This document shows positions 1-28,466 of a stretch of 64,000 bases of DNA, in pieces; position 1 is the stretch's first letter; each line of letters starts with the position of its first letter. The stretch comes from Hormiphora californensis (Eukaryota > Animalia > Ctenophora). The notes under the pieces were generated by a model. The model searched no databases and had not been told where the DNA came from. It was given only the letters and a program-made list of their open reading frames with translations. The translations under genes and the position numbers were made by a program. The DNA lies in the NCBI GenBank assembly GCA_020137815.1, contig CM035357.1:7378001-7442000 (forward strand), written 5' to 3'.

Positions 1-267
1 GTGTGTGTCAGATTGACTGTGTGAGATGTTGGTATATATACTAAGCTTATTAATTCCCCTCGACTCACAACGACATACGCGGTGCTTTTTTCATACTAAC
101 TATCTTTATCTTTATATATATCGCTTTCGCGAGAGGAGAGCTCGAGAGCGAGAGAGAGCGAGAGAAAAGAGAGTATGCGCGAGAGAGAGCGTCTGCGAGA
201 GAGAGAGAGAGAGCGAGATCGCGCGAGCGGATCGAGCACTATAGAGAGAGAGAAGGATCTAGAGCTG

Positions 268-272
268 CTCTC

Positions 273-346
<74 letters not shown>

Positions 347-528
347 CATCTCTCATCTCTCTCTCCTCTCTTTCTTTCTCTCTCTCTCTCTCCTCTCTCT
401 CTCTCCTCTCTCTCCTCCTCTCTCCTACTCTCTCTGCTCCTATCTCTCTCTCTCTCGCCTCCTCTCTCTCTCTCTCTTCTATCTCTGCTCTCTCTCATCT
501 CTCGATCTCTCTCTCCCTCTCTTTACTT

Positions 529-559
<31 letters not shown>

Positions 560-645
560 CCTTCTTCTCTCTCTCTCTCTCTCTTCTCTTCTATCTCTTC
601 TCTCTCTTCTCTCTCTCTCTCTCTCTCTCTCTTTTTCTCTCCCTC
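268..645. repeat. (CT)n/(GA)n microsatellite, representative of many in the window (e.g. 3140-3308, 20240-20348, 20727-20859, 22055-22142, 26248-26407, 39640-39903, 52529-52714, 55487-55558, 56229-56413, 63430-63633)
   Basis: Dinucleotide runs; the source of the poly-SL and poly-RE pseudo-ORFs. Confidence 0.97.
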
Positions 646-1548
646 TATATGATATATCCCACTCTATCTCCCATCTCTATCCCCCTCTCCCTCTATCTCT
701 GTATCCCTTCTTTTCTTCTTCTTCAAGACCACTTCCCCTGATTTCTAAATACTGCACATTGTATGCTCCCTCACAAAGCAAATGATTTTAATTCAACCCC
801 ACCATCTATCTCTCTGTCCCTTTTTCGGACCTTATAAAGTCTCAAAATTGGCACACAACATACCAACTATGAGAGAAAGAGAATGGTTGAGTTTGTGCGT
901 AGTCAGATCGCGGATCGGGGCTCAACAGTACTGCTGCAGACTGCTCCTCTTGTGACAGCATTTTAAATATCAGACAATCATCGATAAAGAGCAATAATCT
1001 TTGAAATGTACTTCCGCGTCATATTAAAACCAAAGAGGAATGTGGAGAAGAGAACTCAAGGTGGTTGTGGGGAGGAATATGTAGAGGAAGGGAGCAATGG
1101 GGAGAGAATGAGGATTATCATTATTTGCTGTCAACACTTTTAAGTGGTAGTTTGTGTGTAAAGGTCAATTAAACGGACGGTATAGGACTTCTTTCTCCGC
1201 CCCTCTGTGCCGAGTATTACCCTTCCTTTTTAAATAAGATGTTGCTGATAAAAATAGTTTGGTGAGAGATAAAAGGAAGTAAGTACAGTGGCTGTCAACA
1301 CCAGAAACGGACCCTGGTAATTTGTGTAAATAATGCGTGTAGGGGCTAGGGGGAGGCTGATGTTCTTTCTGGGGTGTAGGAAACCGAAAAGGTGGCTGGT
1401 GGGCCATAGACCGCTCGGTTCTGATATCAATTTCTATTTTCTAATAAAACACAAAAGTATAATAAATGATTGGGATAATGGTGGTAAGATACTTTTGTGT
1501 TTTACATTAAACCCAGCCATTGCTCCACCCCTCCCTGGCCTCGTGCAG

Positions 1549-12256
<10,708 letters not shown>

Positions 12257-12871
12257 AGCCTGCAAAATATAGAGCTCTCTTTTTGATCGGACCCTGTTTA
12301 TCTTTTAGCTTGAGATACTGTTATCACTTGTTACCCAACAAGTTATCACCTTCAGCAATTGATCTGTTTCAGTTTGAGGTTGTTATTTTGTTTGTTTTTC
12401 AGAGAAATAGAGATGATATTCAGATGCATTATATTATTGAGTTCAGTTATATTTTGTCCGCATTATATCAGTAGCAGCTCAGCCAGTTATAATTGTCTTA
12501 GAGCGTTAGTTTATATGTGAGTTGAATTTATGTGTGAAATCACTATCAAGAAATTTAAAATTTTGAGATGTGTTGTTGACTACTGCAGACTACAGTGCAA
12601 TTGTGAGACGTGAGTTAACCTTTAAATTTTTACTTAAAATTTAAGAGAGAGATCTTTTGAAATTTGATTTAGTTTTACTCAATCATATTGAATTTAAAAT
12701 TAAGTTTTAAGTGTATGTACTTGTAGAACGAGGTTCTTATATTTGACCTGTACTGAATCGGAGCTCGTCCTTCAAGTACACTTATTTCCTTTTTAGTCAC
12801 TGACGAGAGTTAACTCTTAAATGAGAGCTATTTTCTGTTATACTCATGACATCTGCAACGGAATGTATATA

Positions 12872-14220
12872 GGCCAGTCATATGACGTCGATTTATCGCT
12901 GAAAAAGGAAGTAATTGATCTAAAAGCGATTCCACTTCCAGGGCCCTCCAATGGGTCTCTACAACCACCAAAAAAATTTACCGCGGGTACCGCGATGGAG
13001 AAATCGGTCATTTCCGGGTTTATTTTGCACCTGCATAAATATAGGCTAGGACGAATGCGATATACGGTAAAAACCGTCTTTGGAAACAAGTAGAAAAGAA
13101 ATCAAGGGCACTAAAGTGTGTAGCGTCCTCGCATTAGTGGGGGTAGGTGCTGGAATTAAGTCTCTATCTTATCAGGTTAATTAGATAATTGGATAATTAG
13201 ATGCGCAGATAGCCGTTTTATGGTTATACGGTAAAAACCATCTTTGGAATGGAGTAGAGAAAAAACCGAGGGTACTAGAGTGATCAGCGTCCTCGAATTA
13301 GTGGGGGTAGGTACCAAAATTAAGTTCCTATCTCATCGCGTTAATTAGATAATTGGATAATTAGGTATGCGCATAACCGTTTTTAGGTTACATGGCTATA
13401 GCCACTTAGGAATGGTTTAGAGACTTTTCATTGGTGCCATTTTGTAGGCAATAGCCAAGTTATTGGGGGTCGACGTCGGACTTTTAAGCTCTATATTCAA
13501 CCGTTTAGCCGTCATTTGGCTTTAAAGGTGCTCAAAGTGAGCAAAAATGCGGTAAAAAGACCGATTTTGAGCACCTTTAAAGCCATATAACGGCTAAATG
13601 GTTGAATATAGAGCTTAAAAGTCCGACGTCGACCCCCCATAACTTGGCTATTGCCTACAAAATGGCACCAATGAAAAGTCTCTAAACCATTCCTAAGTGG
13701 CTATAGCCATGTAACCTAAAAACGGTTATGCACATACCTAATTATCCAATTATCTAATTAACGCGATGAGATAGGAACTTAATTTTGGTACCTACCCCCA
13801 CTAATTCGAGGACGCTGATCACTCTAGTACCCTCGGTTTTTTCTCTACTCCATTCCAAAGATGGTTTTTACCGTATAACCATAAAACGGCTATCTGCGCA
13901 TCTAATTATCCAATTATCTAATTAACCTGATAAGATAGAGACTTAATTCCAGCACCTACCCCCACTAATGCGAGGACGCTACACACTTTAGTGCCCTTGA
14001 TTTCTTTTCTACTTGTTTCCAAAGACGGTTTTTACCGTATATCGCATTCGTCCTAGCCTATATTTATGCAGGTGCAAAATAAACCCGGAAATGACCGATT
14101 TCTCCATCGCGGTACCCGCGGTAAATTTTTTTGGTGGTTGTAGAGACCCATTGGAGGGCCCTGGAAGTGGAATCGCTTTTAGATCAATTAGTTCCATTTC
14201 ACAACGTCATATGACTGGCC
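12872..14220. mobile_element. 1.35-kb foldback (almost fully palindromic) non-autonomous DNA transposon with TA target-site duplication
   Basis: TA|GGCCAGTCATATGACGT ... ACGTCATATGACTGGCC|TA. Arms of ~660 bp are nearly identical, with a ~30-bp spacer near 13535-13565. This explains the mirrored ORFs 12821-13093(+) and 14009-14197(-). Confidence 0.85.
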
Positions 14221-14226
14221 TAATAC

Positions 14227-15101
14227 TCCATTTTTTTTCAACTGTTCACCCCCCAAAGTCGTGCGCGGAAATGTTTTGCGTGTCTATCACATGTTAAGGG
14301 TACGCTAACCAAAAATTTTTTTCGAGTGCAGGGAAATCTCTCACCGTAGGGTTGTAGGCCATGCCAAGGAGACCTCAAATATGCAATTTGAGCTCTCAAG
14401 TCGAATTCATATTTTTGCTACAGCTGCTTGAAAAATGAACTGAAAATAAGTTTTTGGCATCTCAAAAAATTTTTTTCAAAGATAGGAGCATGAAAATTCT
14501 GAATCGTTTAAGCATAGTCTCAGGTCTCTACGATCAGCCGTTTTTGAGATACAGGGAATTTATTTATTTCTGAAATGACGGCTTTCACAAAAAAAACTCC
14601 GTACAGCTTATCTCAAATAAGGACACGCCCAAAATTTATGGCCACTTAGATAATCGTTAGACGCAACGTTTCACCAATTTACAGCTTTCACATGTTTTCG
14701 GAACTTCGCCAAATAGGGCGTTAAAGTGGAAAAAAAGAAATCCATCTCAGGACCGGAAATCAGCTCGGATTGCAAAAAAATTTTTTGTGGTTATTCACCT
14801 TCATGTCCTCTTCAAATCTCCAAATTTTCATGCTCCTATCTTTGAAAAAAATTTTTTGAGATGCCAAAAACGTATTTTCAGGACATTTTTTAAACAGCTG
14901 TAGCAAAAATATGAATTCGACTTAAGGGCTAAAATTGCATATTTGAGGTCTCCTTGGTATGGCCTACAACCCTACGGTGAGAGATTTCCCTGCACTCGAA
15001 AAAAAATTTTGGTTAGCGTACCCTTAACGTGTAGCGCGCGCAGCGTAAATTAAAATATCGCACGCGCACGAGTTGGAGGGTGAACAGTTGAATAAAAATG
15101 G
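14227..15101. mobile_element. Older small TIR element interrupted by the TTAA MITE
   Basis: TCCATTTTTTTTTCAACTGTTCACCC...TCGTGCGCG (14227-14267) is an imperfect reverse complement of CGCGCACGAGTTGGAGGGTGAACAGTTGAATAAAAATGGA (15063-15101). Confidence 0.6.
14298..15023. mobile_element. MITE with ~200-bp TIRs and TTAA TSD (Kolobok-like termini)
   Basis: TTAA|GGGTACGCTAACCAAAA ... TTTTGGTTAGCGTACCC|TTAA. Purine-start termini with TTAA fit Kolobok better than piggyBac (CC start). Confidence 0.8.
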
Positions 15102-15579
15102 ACTTTATAACTTTATGTTATTTTGTTGTTAAATTGAATGTTTTGCAAATACCCGCAATCTTCCCGTTTTCCATTTCAAATCAGAACCTGAACTCAATTC
15201 AATTTGAATTCCAAACTGTTTTCGCGAAATTTCGATGGTATCCTGTATGGCGGCGCCATACCCCATTTGATGAAAGCGCGTAAAACAAGTCTGATTTGAA
15301 CTTCAACTTGATATGAAGCCCGTCAAGTTCGCCATCGCCATAGTCCATTTCAGACGACTTGAGCTAACGCGCGTCCGCGAAATTTCAATTTATGTGATGC
15401 AAATACTGTAGCGCGCGGTCATGCGCCGCGCGCGATTAAGATGAATTTTGAAAAAGTAAAGTGAACTTTTAAAACGAAAAAAAGTTCAAACTGCGGAAAA
15501 CGCCCACGCAAAAACCCAGAAATGCGAGCGAAATACCGTGTATGGCAGGCCTCCAACGCTAACTTGACACCCGTGTGTT

Positions 15580-18500
15580 ATGCTAAAAGCGATCAAGGTA
15601 GCATTTCGGGGATGTATCTGTCTGGCGACTATTGGAGTCGTTTTCTACCTCCTGTTTGCCGGACTAACCCGTGTGGCACCTCCTATTTTAGTCCAGGAAC
15701 CGCCAAGTAAGAATAAAATGTTACATCTGTGAAGTAAATAGTTTAAATATTTATTGTTTCTTGCCCTTCAGCGCCTATCGAGGGGTATCTAATTCACACC
15801 AGTGGAAAATGCCTAAACCAGGAGCTCGGACAGCTCTATCTACAGCATTGTCGTCGAGATTACCCAGATCAAATCTTCATTGTCTTGGGAAGAATAGTTT
15901 TTGTTGGCCACAAGCCCATTCACGTGGAAGGAGTTGACAGAATCGGTGAGCAGTGAGCACAATCCTGAGTTGGTTCGATTGGTATACAAGTAGAATACTG
16001 TGACGATTCTTACCATTTTATCCTGGTCTTTCAGGATTCAACTCCGACCTTCCATCTCTGAGATTTGAGGGGGGTTACTTGATAACTGAACTTAGTGAGA
16101 AGCAACATTGCTTGGCTCCTACGAGGTTCCGTGATAAGCCCTGTGAAGGAGCAGAACTAAAGTTTTATGAAGATTGCACTTCTGCAGAGTTTAAACTTCT
16201 TTCTCTAGAAGGTAAGGAAAGAAAGTACAAAATCATATTTTGTTAATCTTTCTTTGAACAATTAAGCTTTAACATTTTCCATTTCACAGAATATAATAAG
16301 AAGTTTTGGTACCGGCATTCCTTTACCAACTTTGGGTGCTCCGTTGATATGTGTTCCATCAACTTTGTACCTAAAAGAATCAAGAGGTGCAGCGACTGTG
16401 AAGCAAGGTGAGACATAATATTTTCCCCACTTAAGTCCCGTCTTACCTTGTTGAGACTCAACAAGTCTTACCAATATCCCAATATCAAATTTGTGTATCG
16501 GTCAAACCAATGTTTCCATTTTCAGTTGTGACGGAGGGCTCTGTATAACCGTCATTTTAGAGACAAACGATCTAACGAGAGTGTTCAACACAATACGAAC
16601 ACTCGTTTACTTTGTTGAGTTTGATATCAAGTCAATTATTCTGGTGTATCCCGATACATCTCAAAACACCGGTGGGTACTATTAAGTATTAACTATACAA
16701 CACTGCTAAGTGCTATGATCTGTGTGGGTGCTATTTCTCATTAGGATGACTAGCAAAACTGGGGCGATCGTACCGATCGCAAATCGAGGGACCTGTTTCT
16801 ATCTTTTTCTCTCTGCCTCACTCTGTCTGTCTGTCGCTATGTATCTCTATCTCTCTATCTCTATCTTTCTGTCTCTCTCTCTCTCACTTCCCCACAAAGT
16901 CCTGGTGATAGACCAGGTAGCTAAGCGAGCTACCTTGTGATGTGATCCCTCTCTTTTTCTTTCTCTCTCTCTCTCTCCCTTTTATGTATGTGATGTGACT
17001 CCTCAAGTTCGCAAGCAGTTCTCAAGCACTTGTGATACGTGATACCTACGAATCACGTCGTCATACTGACGGATCACGTCGTCACACTGACGGATCACGT
17101 CGTCATACTGACAGATAATGATCTGTTAGACTGCCGATGCATTATCTTATTTCTCCTATGATCTGTAGAAAATGGGGAGTTGATCTAACCCTCCTTTGTA
17201 AAACAACAGCTGCTTCTTTCAGAAAAGATGAGGCAGCGTTTAGAGCGGGTTGATAGCCGTATAGAAACATACAAAACTAAGAGTAAGATCGGTACAGCGG
17301 GGCGGTTAAATGCCGCATTGTCACTGGTTAAAACTCCGTATTTTCTATTGGTAGAGGATGATATTATTTTTACATCTACAATTCGAATTAACAAGGTTAG
17401 TAATTTAACTTTGTTTCCAGGAGACGCTATGAAGCTTAGACCTCACTGGTTAGAACACTGCACAGTGTGCGAGCTGCTATAGTGCTGTGTAGTGTGTACT
17501 GCACACTTCCCAGGAGTCTTGAGGTTCATGCAGCTTTAAAATCCTAACTAGATCAGTCCAGAATACTGCTTACACATTTTGGCATGTGCTCACCCCTGAT
17601 AACCGCAACTTTCAAACACCCTAACTTCTGCATCTTCCAATGGCTAACACATCCCCACTTACAGATGATTGATATACTAGACAAATCAGATGCCTCAATT
17701 GTATCTGGTAACCCTGGCAACTCCTATCATGGCCTAATAAACGCCAGAGAAACAAACAATGGGATGTATGAACTTGTTCTGGGATCAGGTACTATAACAA
17801 AGTAGTGGGGATTGGAGCATCGGGAATCGGTATTTAAATAATGTGCAACTATTTTCCAAATCAGTTGAATCTAATAATCTTCAGATATCTGGCTGGCAGA
17901 TCACAATGATTGGAAACATTGTCACAGAGTTGATTTCTTTCCCACATTCTTCCTGGCTGACACCAAAGCGATCAGGTAAACGCTGTTGCGGGCAGGCTGT
18001 TTTGCCCGCCGCGGATTTGTTCTGAAAAAAGTTTACAAGATTCTTTGTCTCGGTAACTTGTTTGTCCCCACTACTCTTTGAATGTTCATCCTCAATAATC
18101 TCTCCTGTTCCTACACCTGATAATTTCCAGGTCAATAGGAGGGTGGGACACGAGTCTAGGTGATTACAGTCAGATCTCCCTCTTTGTAAAGGCGAAAGCA
18201 GCGAAACTGAACTCTATCTATTGTGATGATATTGAACCAGATCGGAGGGTGAACAACTTTAAACTGGAGTAAGTTAATATTCTGAATAATGAGTTCAGAG
18301 CAAGAATTAAAAGTAGTAAGTTAAGTAATGAATAGTAAGTTAGTAATGATTAGTTGTTAGAGGGCTACATTTCCCTCCTGGCCCTGTCTCTTCCAGACCC
18401 CCGGGTAAACTGAGAAAACTAGAATAAATAGAATAACATTTTCACCACACCTAATATTTCCCCCTGATTTCAGTTTTAAGAATGAAGATGCTCAGTACGC

Positions 18501-18639
18501 CCTGCTGGAGTTCTTTGGAGTTGATAGGATAGTGCTGTGTGAAACTACCAAGAACACGGGGAAGTTCTTATCCTGCCAATCGGAGAAGTGGTCTATTTCT
18601 AACTGTATGGCGAACGATAACACAGAGAACGAGGAATAA
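15580..18639 (+). CDS. Type II membrane GT-A glycosyltransferase (B4GALNT1/2-like) with N-terminal ricin-type lectin-like region
   Basis: Exons approx. 15580-15706, 15772-15945, 16035-16211, 16290-16407, 16526-16671, 17223-17395, 17665-17788, 17885-17975, 18131-18268, 18474-18639, joined in phase. Signal anchor CICLATIGVVFYLLFAGL; ricin-like HTSGKCL...LYLQHC...DQIF; GT-A motifs GTAGRLNAALSLVKTPYFLLVEDDIIF, MIDILDKSDASIVSG, CHRVDFFPTFFLADT, IGGWDTSL. Confidence 0.8.
17052..17113. repeat. Three tandem ~21-bp repeats (ATCACGTCGTCAYACTGACGG), intronic
   Basis: Seen directly in the sequence. Confidence 0.8.
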
Positions 18640-19100
18640 TCGATGTTTTGTTTACTCAAAGACTTTGGTAGTATTTTATTCCACTGGTGGTCCAAAACAG
18701 TGACCGTTTTGTGACCGTATTGATACCGAAAGTTAGTCAAGTGTGTGGTATGTTTGTAACATTATTATATTGATTGGTTGTGACCAATATAACATGAGAG
18801 CTCATGAATGAGACAAAGGAAATTGGTACAAGTGGAATCACAAAGCTTGAAAGAAGGCTTGGAAGAACAGAGTCTTTTTGGCACAATATGTATGTCATAT
18901 TCAAGCTAAAATGGCTACTTTATTGATTTAAACTTCTGTTTTCACTTATAATTGTGATTTGTGGTGTTAAATGTTGACGTAGATTTCTATTTTACATTTC
19001 TTTACAAAACCAAAATTTCATTTAGCTGGATTAACATAGATTTTCACGTTTTCACCAGTAAACCACACCACCCCTCACTATCACAATATAGCCGGCCATC

Positions 19101-24666
<5,566 letters not shown>

Positions 24667-24875
24667 AAGATTGGGTAGTTTGGACAGTTAGAACTGTATT
24701 TGTGTAACAAGTCCGTTGAGCAGTAGGACCATTTGTTATTAATAGGAATAGGAAATAGGAATGCCTGATGATGATATTTGACAGAGGACGATAGTCGATA
24801 GTATCAGTTTCTGATCTATAACCTAGTTAGAGGGTTCAGTTGGGCGTTAGTAATTTGTTCTCGTCTTCTTCAAGT

Positions 24876-24906
<31 letters not shown>

Positions 24907-26258
24907 GTTTAACTTCATCAATCGAGCGTTTCTAATTCTCTCTCTCCCTCCCTGGCCCTCTCTCTTTATCTCTCCCTCTCTCTCCAACTTCGTAACTCCA
25001 ATCAAATCCCATCTCTATGTTGACTCGCTTCTCAAGTAGAGAGAAATAGAGAAATTGGGGGAGGGTTCCAACGTGTGGTGGGGGCGCACGTGCAATAATC
25101 AAATGATCATTCACTCTCAGATTATCTCTCTCAATCTCTGACTCTCGCTTTCTCTCCCTCCCTCCCTCTCTCTCTCTCTGCTTCTCCCCCCCCTCTCTCT
25201 CTCTCCCTCTCTCTCTCCCTCTCTCTCATCTAGTTCAACTACTGCTAATTCTAACGCCCCTCAACCCATCTCCCCTTGTAGATATGATCCAGGTTTCATG
25301 TCATTTCCTCACTCACCTCTCATGGACACATGGTCACCTCTCTTGCTACACTCACAATTTCACATGGCTCACTCGCCAGTTCTTGTAAGTACCGATTTGG
25401 TTATAATTGCTTACTTGTTTCTATTTCCTTACTTCTTCATACCCTCTTTTTAATTACCTAAAGGCCAAATGAGGCGGTCTGATCAAGTCAATATTTTTTA
25501 AGTCGTCCAATCAACGGTCGAGCGATATGGTTGTTTTGGAATTGATGTTTTCCCCTCTTACTACTGCTAGGCCGATCTCCAATCCCAAACCGGGACTCCT
25601 AAGCTAGACCCGACAGAGGTGTATGTTTGATGGCGGTGCTCTTCCCCTCCCCACAATCAATAATGATAAGATATTATTTCTTGTTATGAGATGTTGTCAG
25701 AGTCTGCTCCACCTACTACAATGGGGCACACTGCTGGTAGATTATCGAGGGACAATGCGACGGGAGGTGAGAGAGAGAGAGAGAGATATCTTGTAGAGTA
25801 AGATATTTATGTTTGATTAGCACGTCCCTGTCCAGTAATCAGTCCCCCATTTTACTGCCCCCTATGAAGCCCACCCCATATCTCCTTGTCTCCCTGATCT
25901 TGGTGTCCCTCCTCTTCTGCTGGTCACGTGACTGTCTGATTGGCTGACCTCCAGGTTGTGTCATTATCAACCCCGTACCCTCTACATTGTCCCCTCTCTC
26001 TCTTTGTATGATATGACAACTATACTACCGGACCACCCTTCAACCGCAGACCACCCAGGTAATTCGGATGACGTCATACTTGTGACGTCACGAAGTTATA
26101 TATTTACTATTGGTTTGTGTGACGTCATGGGGGGCTGGTAATTCTCTGAAACTGATTGGAATGGAGATCTGCTTGATGCAGTACCCAGCTGATGCTCGTC
26201 AAGAATCAAGCTGGCCGATAACTAACTTTTTACTGATTCTGATTCTCTGTCTCTCTCT

Positions 26259-26387
<129 letters not shown>

Positions 26388-26660
26388 ATCTCCCTCTCTC
26401 TCTCCCTCTCGCTCGTTTTCTAGTGGCTTGGCCTCTTCTTCACGCTTCATCATCAGTTTTAATCTTCTGACTCCTCACGCTACTTCTATTCAATTTGTCT
26501 TTCACCTTGAGCGTATCTCCCAATAACTATCGGCCGATTCAATTCCCTCTATCTCCATCTTTCTATCTCTATCTATAGTATATTTATCTCTCCATGTGTG
26601 TTCCTTCTGCTATCTCTCTCTAGTCTCTCTCTCTCACCTGTATCTGAATCTCTCTCTCTC

Positions 26661-26727
<67 letters not shown>

Positions 26728-27863
26728 TGTATCTCTCTCTAGTCTCTCGATCCGTTCCTTCGAGAACCCTTTCTCGATATCAATACATCGAATAATCTCA
26801 AGCAGCTACTTTAACACCTTCCCGCCTTTTAAAACTCTATCGTTTTAGCTGTGCGATCGGACCCTCTCTGTCTATATCTTTTTTTCAATCCTTTGTCTCA
26901 GATAATATCCGACCTGTGAACCAGCCACGTGTGCGAATCAATTTTTAGATTTTCAATCACTCCTCCAAATCCCGTGTCCGAAATTATTATTTTAGACTTT
27001 CTTCCTCCCCACTCGAGACGCATTCTAGTTTCTTTTCTCCGTTAACTAGCAGCTGCTTAAGTGGGTGTTAACAGCTCAGTTAACTGCTTAGTTCCCATAA
27101 ATTAGAATTGACACAAAAATACACCAGATGCAGTAAAAACGTCGGCTAGGCAGCTTTATGAGGCTTCTCAATGCATTTATATCATTCTCTCATATCACGC
27201 CCTTTCAGTTTCTCGCTCACTTGAAAATCTATCTTAGTCAATATTTGCTATCTCTCTAATTCTAAACGACTGCAGTGTTTTAGTTACTGTTAGGTGTCCG
27301 CATATATTATGCACATCATTAGCCTGTGATAATTGTCTTCGGCATTACATTTATTTCTCACAGGGTTGAGAAATCTTAGTGACTATCTTGAATGTCATTT
27401 TTTGTCACATTATGGCCCATTATGTGTTTCGATATTTTGTCACATTTTGAAAATCTTAAACGGTATTTGTGGTTTAGTTGACCTCTCTCTCTGCAAGGCT
27501 CCTGATCGATAATTATACGATGCAGATTGTGGTGACATATTATAACGTTTTCTGTAGAGCTGGAATTGTGCATGATCTGCAAGAATATCTTGAATTGGAC
27601 GTGTTTTATGCAGAACCATATTTCTGGTACAAAATCATGTTAGTTTTAAATTATTATACGTTTTTATATTGTGTGTACGTGATATTACTATGTGCGGGAT
27701 AATACAATAGCAATCCTAGTGACGTGTGGCGAATCGGTAAATTTTCGCCCGACAATAATTGGATTGATTAGAGCGGGCAAAAGATCGTTTTTTATGACCG
27801 CAGACAGCTACTTCTGTATTTTAATCTCTCACCTGGTCCCAAAACGTCTGAGATGCTCTAAGT

Positions 27864-28056
27864 CTAGGCGCTGGATCCCCGATTTCACGGAATTAGTGAT
27901 TCCGGGAGTCAAGCTATTTCAATAGATTTATCACCTACATTCTGTCGACACAATAATATATCGATATATCGATATATATGCAGGCGGTGATAAATCTATT
28001 GAAATAGCTCGACTCCCGGAATCACTAATTCCGTGAAATCGGGGACCCATGCCTAG
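27864..28056. mobile_element. Small palindromic MITE-like element (~190 bp)
   Basis: CTAGGC...TCCCCGATTTCACGGAATTAGTGATTCCGGGAGTC.AGCTATTTCAATAGATTTATCACC is mirrored at 27986-28056; no TSD found. Confidence 0.65.
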
Positions 28057-28285
28057 TATCTCGGTATACCGATAGTTAATAATTCAAATTATATTCCTCT
28101 CCGATAGTCAACTGTTTGATAGGTCCCTCTCTTGGTTGTGTGGCATTCTAACAAATCTCAGCCCTTTAACTCGCTAGTAATTGTGAGTGAAGGAGAGAGT
28201 GAAGGAGAGAGAATATCTGATACTTTTTAGAAGTTTTAGTTCTTTTCGAATCAGCTATTTATGCATGCTATCGGACCACAAAGAA

Positions 28286-28358
<73 letters not shown>

Positions 28359-28367
<9 letters not shown>

Positions 28368-28466
28368 AGAGTTTTGTCAGCTGCCACCACCGCCCAGTGG
28401 TTCCCCTCGGTAACACTCATGCACGACCACCCTGTTAGTGTATGAGTGGCTGAGAGTGGTATTGAC
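28359..28466 (+). ncRNA. Candidate HDV-like self-cleaving ribozyme at the retrotransposon 5' end
   Basis: Hand-folded nested double pseudoknot. P1 GAGGGGG(28359-65) or GGGGGGA(28362-68) / TCCCCTC(28402-08); P2 TGCCAC(28382-87) / GTGGTA(28456-61), extendable with GTCAG/TTGAC; P3 ACC(28389-91) / GGT(28399-401); 7-nt L3 GCCCAGT; P1.1 CC / GG(28409-10); P4 CACTCATGCAC(28414-24) / GTGTATGAGTG(28438-48); J4/2 GCTGA with candidate catalytic C28450. Confidence 0.7.

Noticed and set aside
26-741. Long ORFs encoding poly(SL) or poly(RE), here and at 3044-3388, 20701-20968, 26110-26795, 39466-40351, 56141-56501, 63406-63732
   Set aside because: They are translations of stop-free (CT/GA)n microsatellites, not genes.
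12821-14297. Apparent duplicated gene pair on opposite strands (LKAIPLPGPSNGSLQPPKK...)
   Set aside because: Mirror images produced by the foldback element; no protein motif.
25281-26058. Exon-like segments downstream of the aquaporin
   Set aside because: No consistent frame or recognisable domain could be built.
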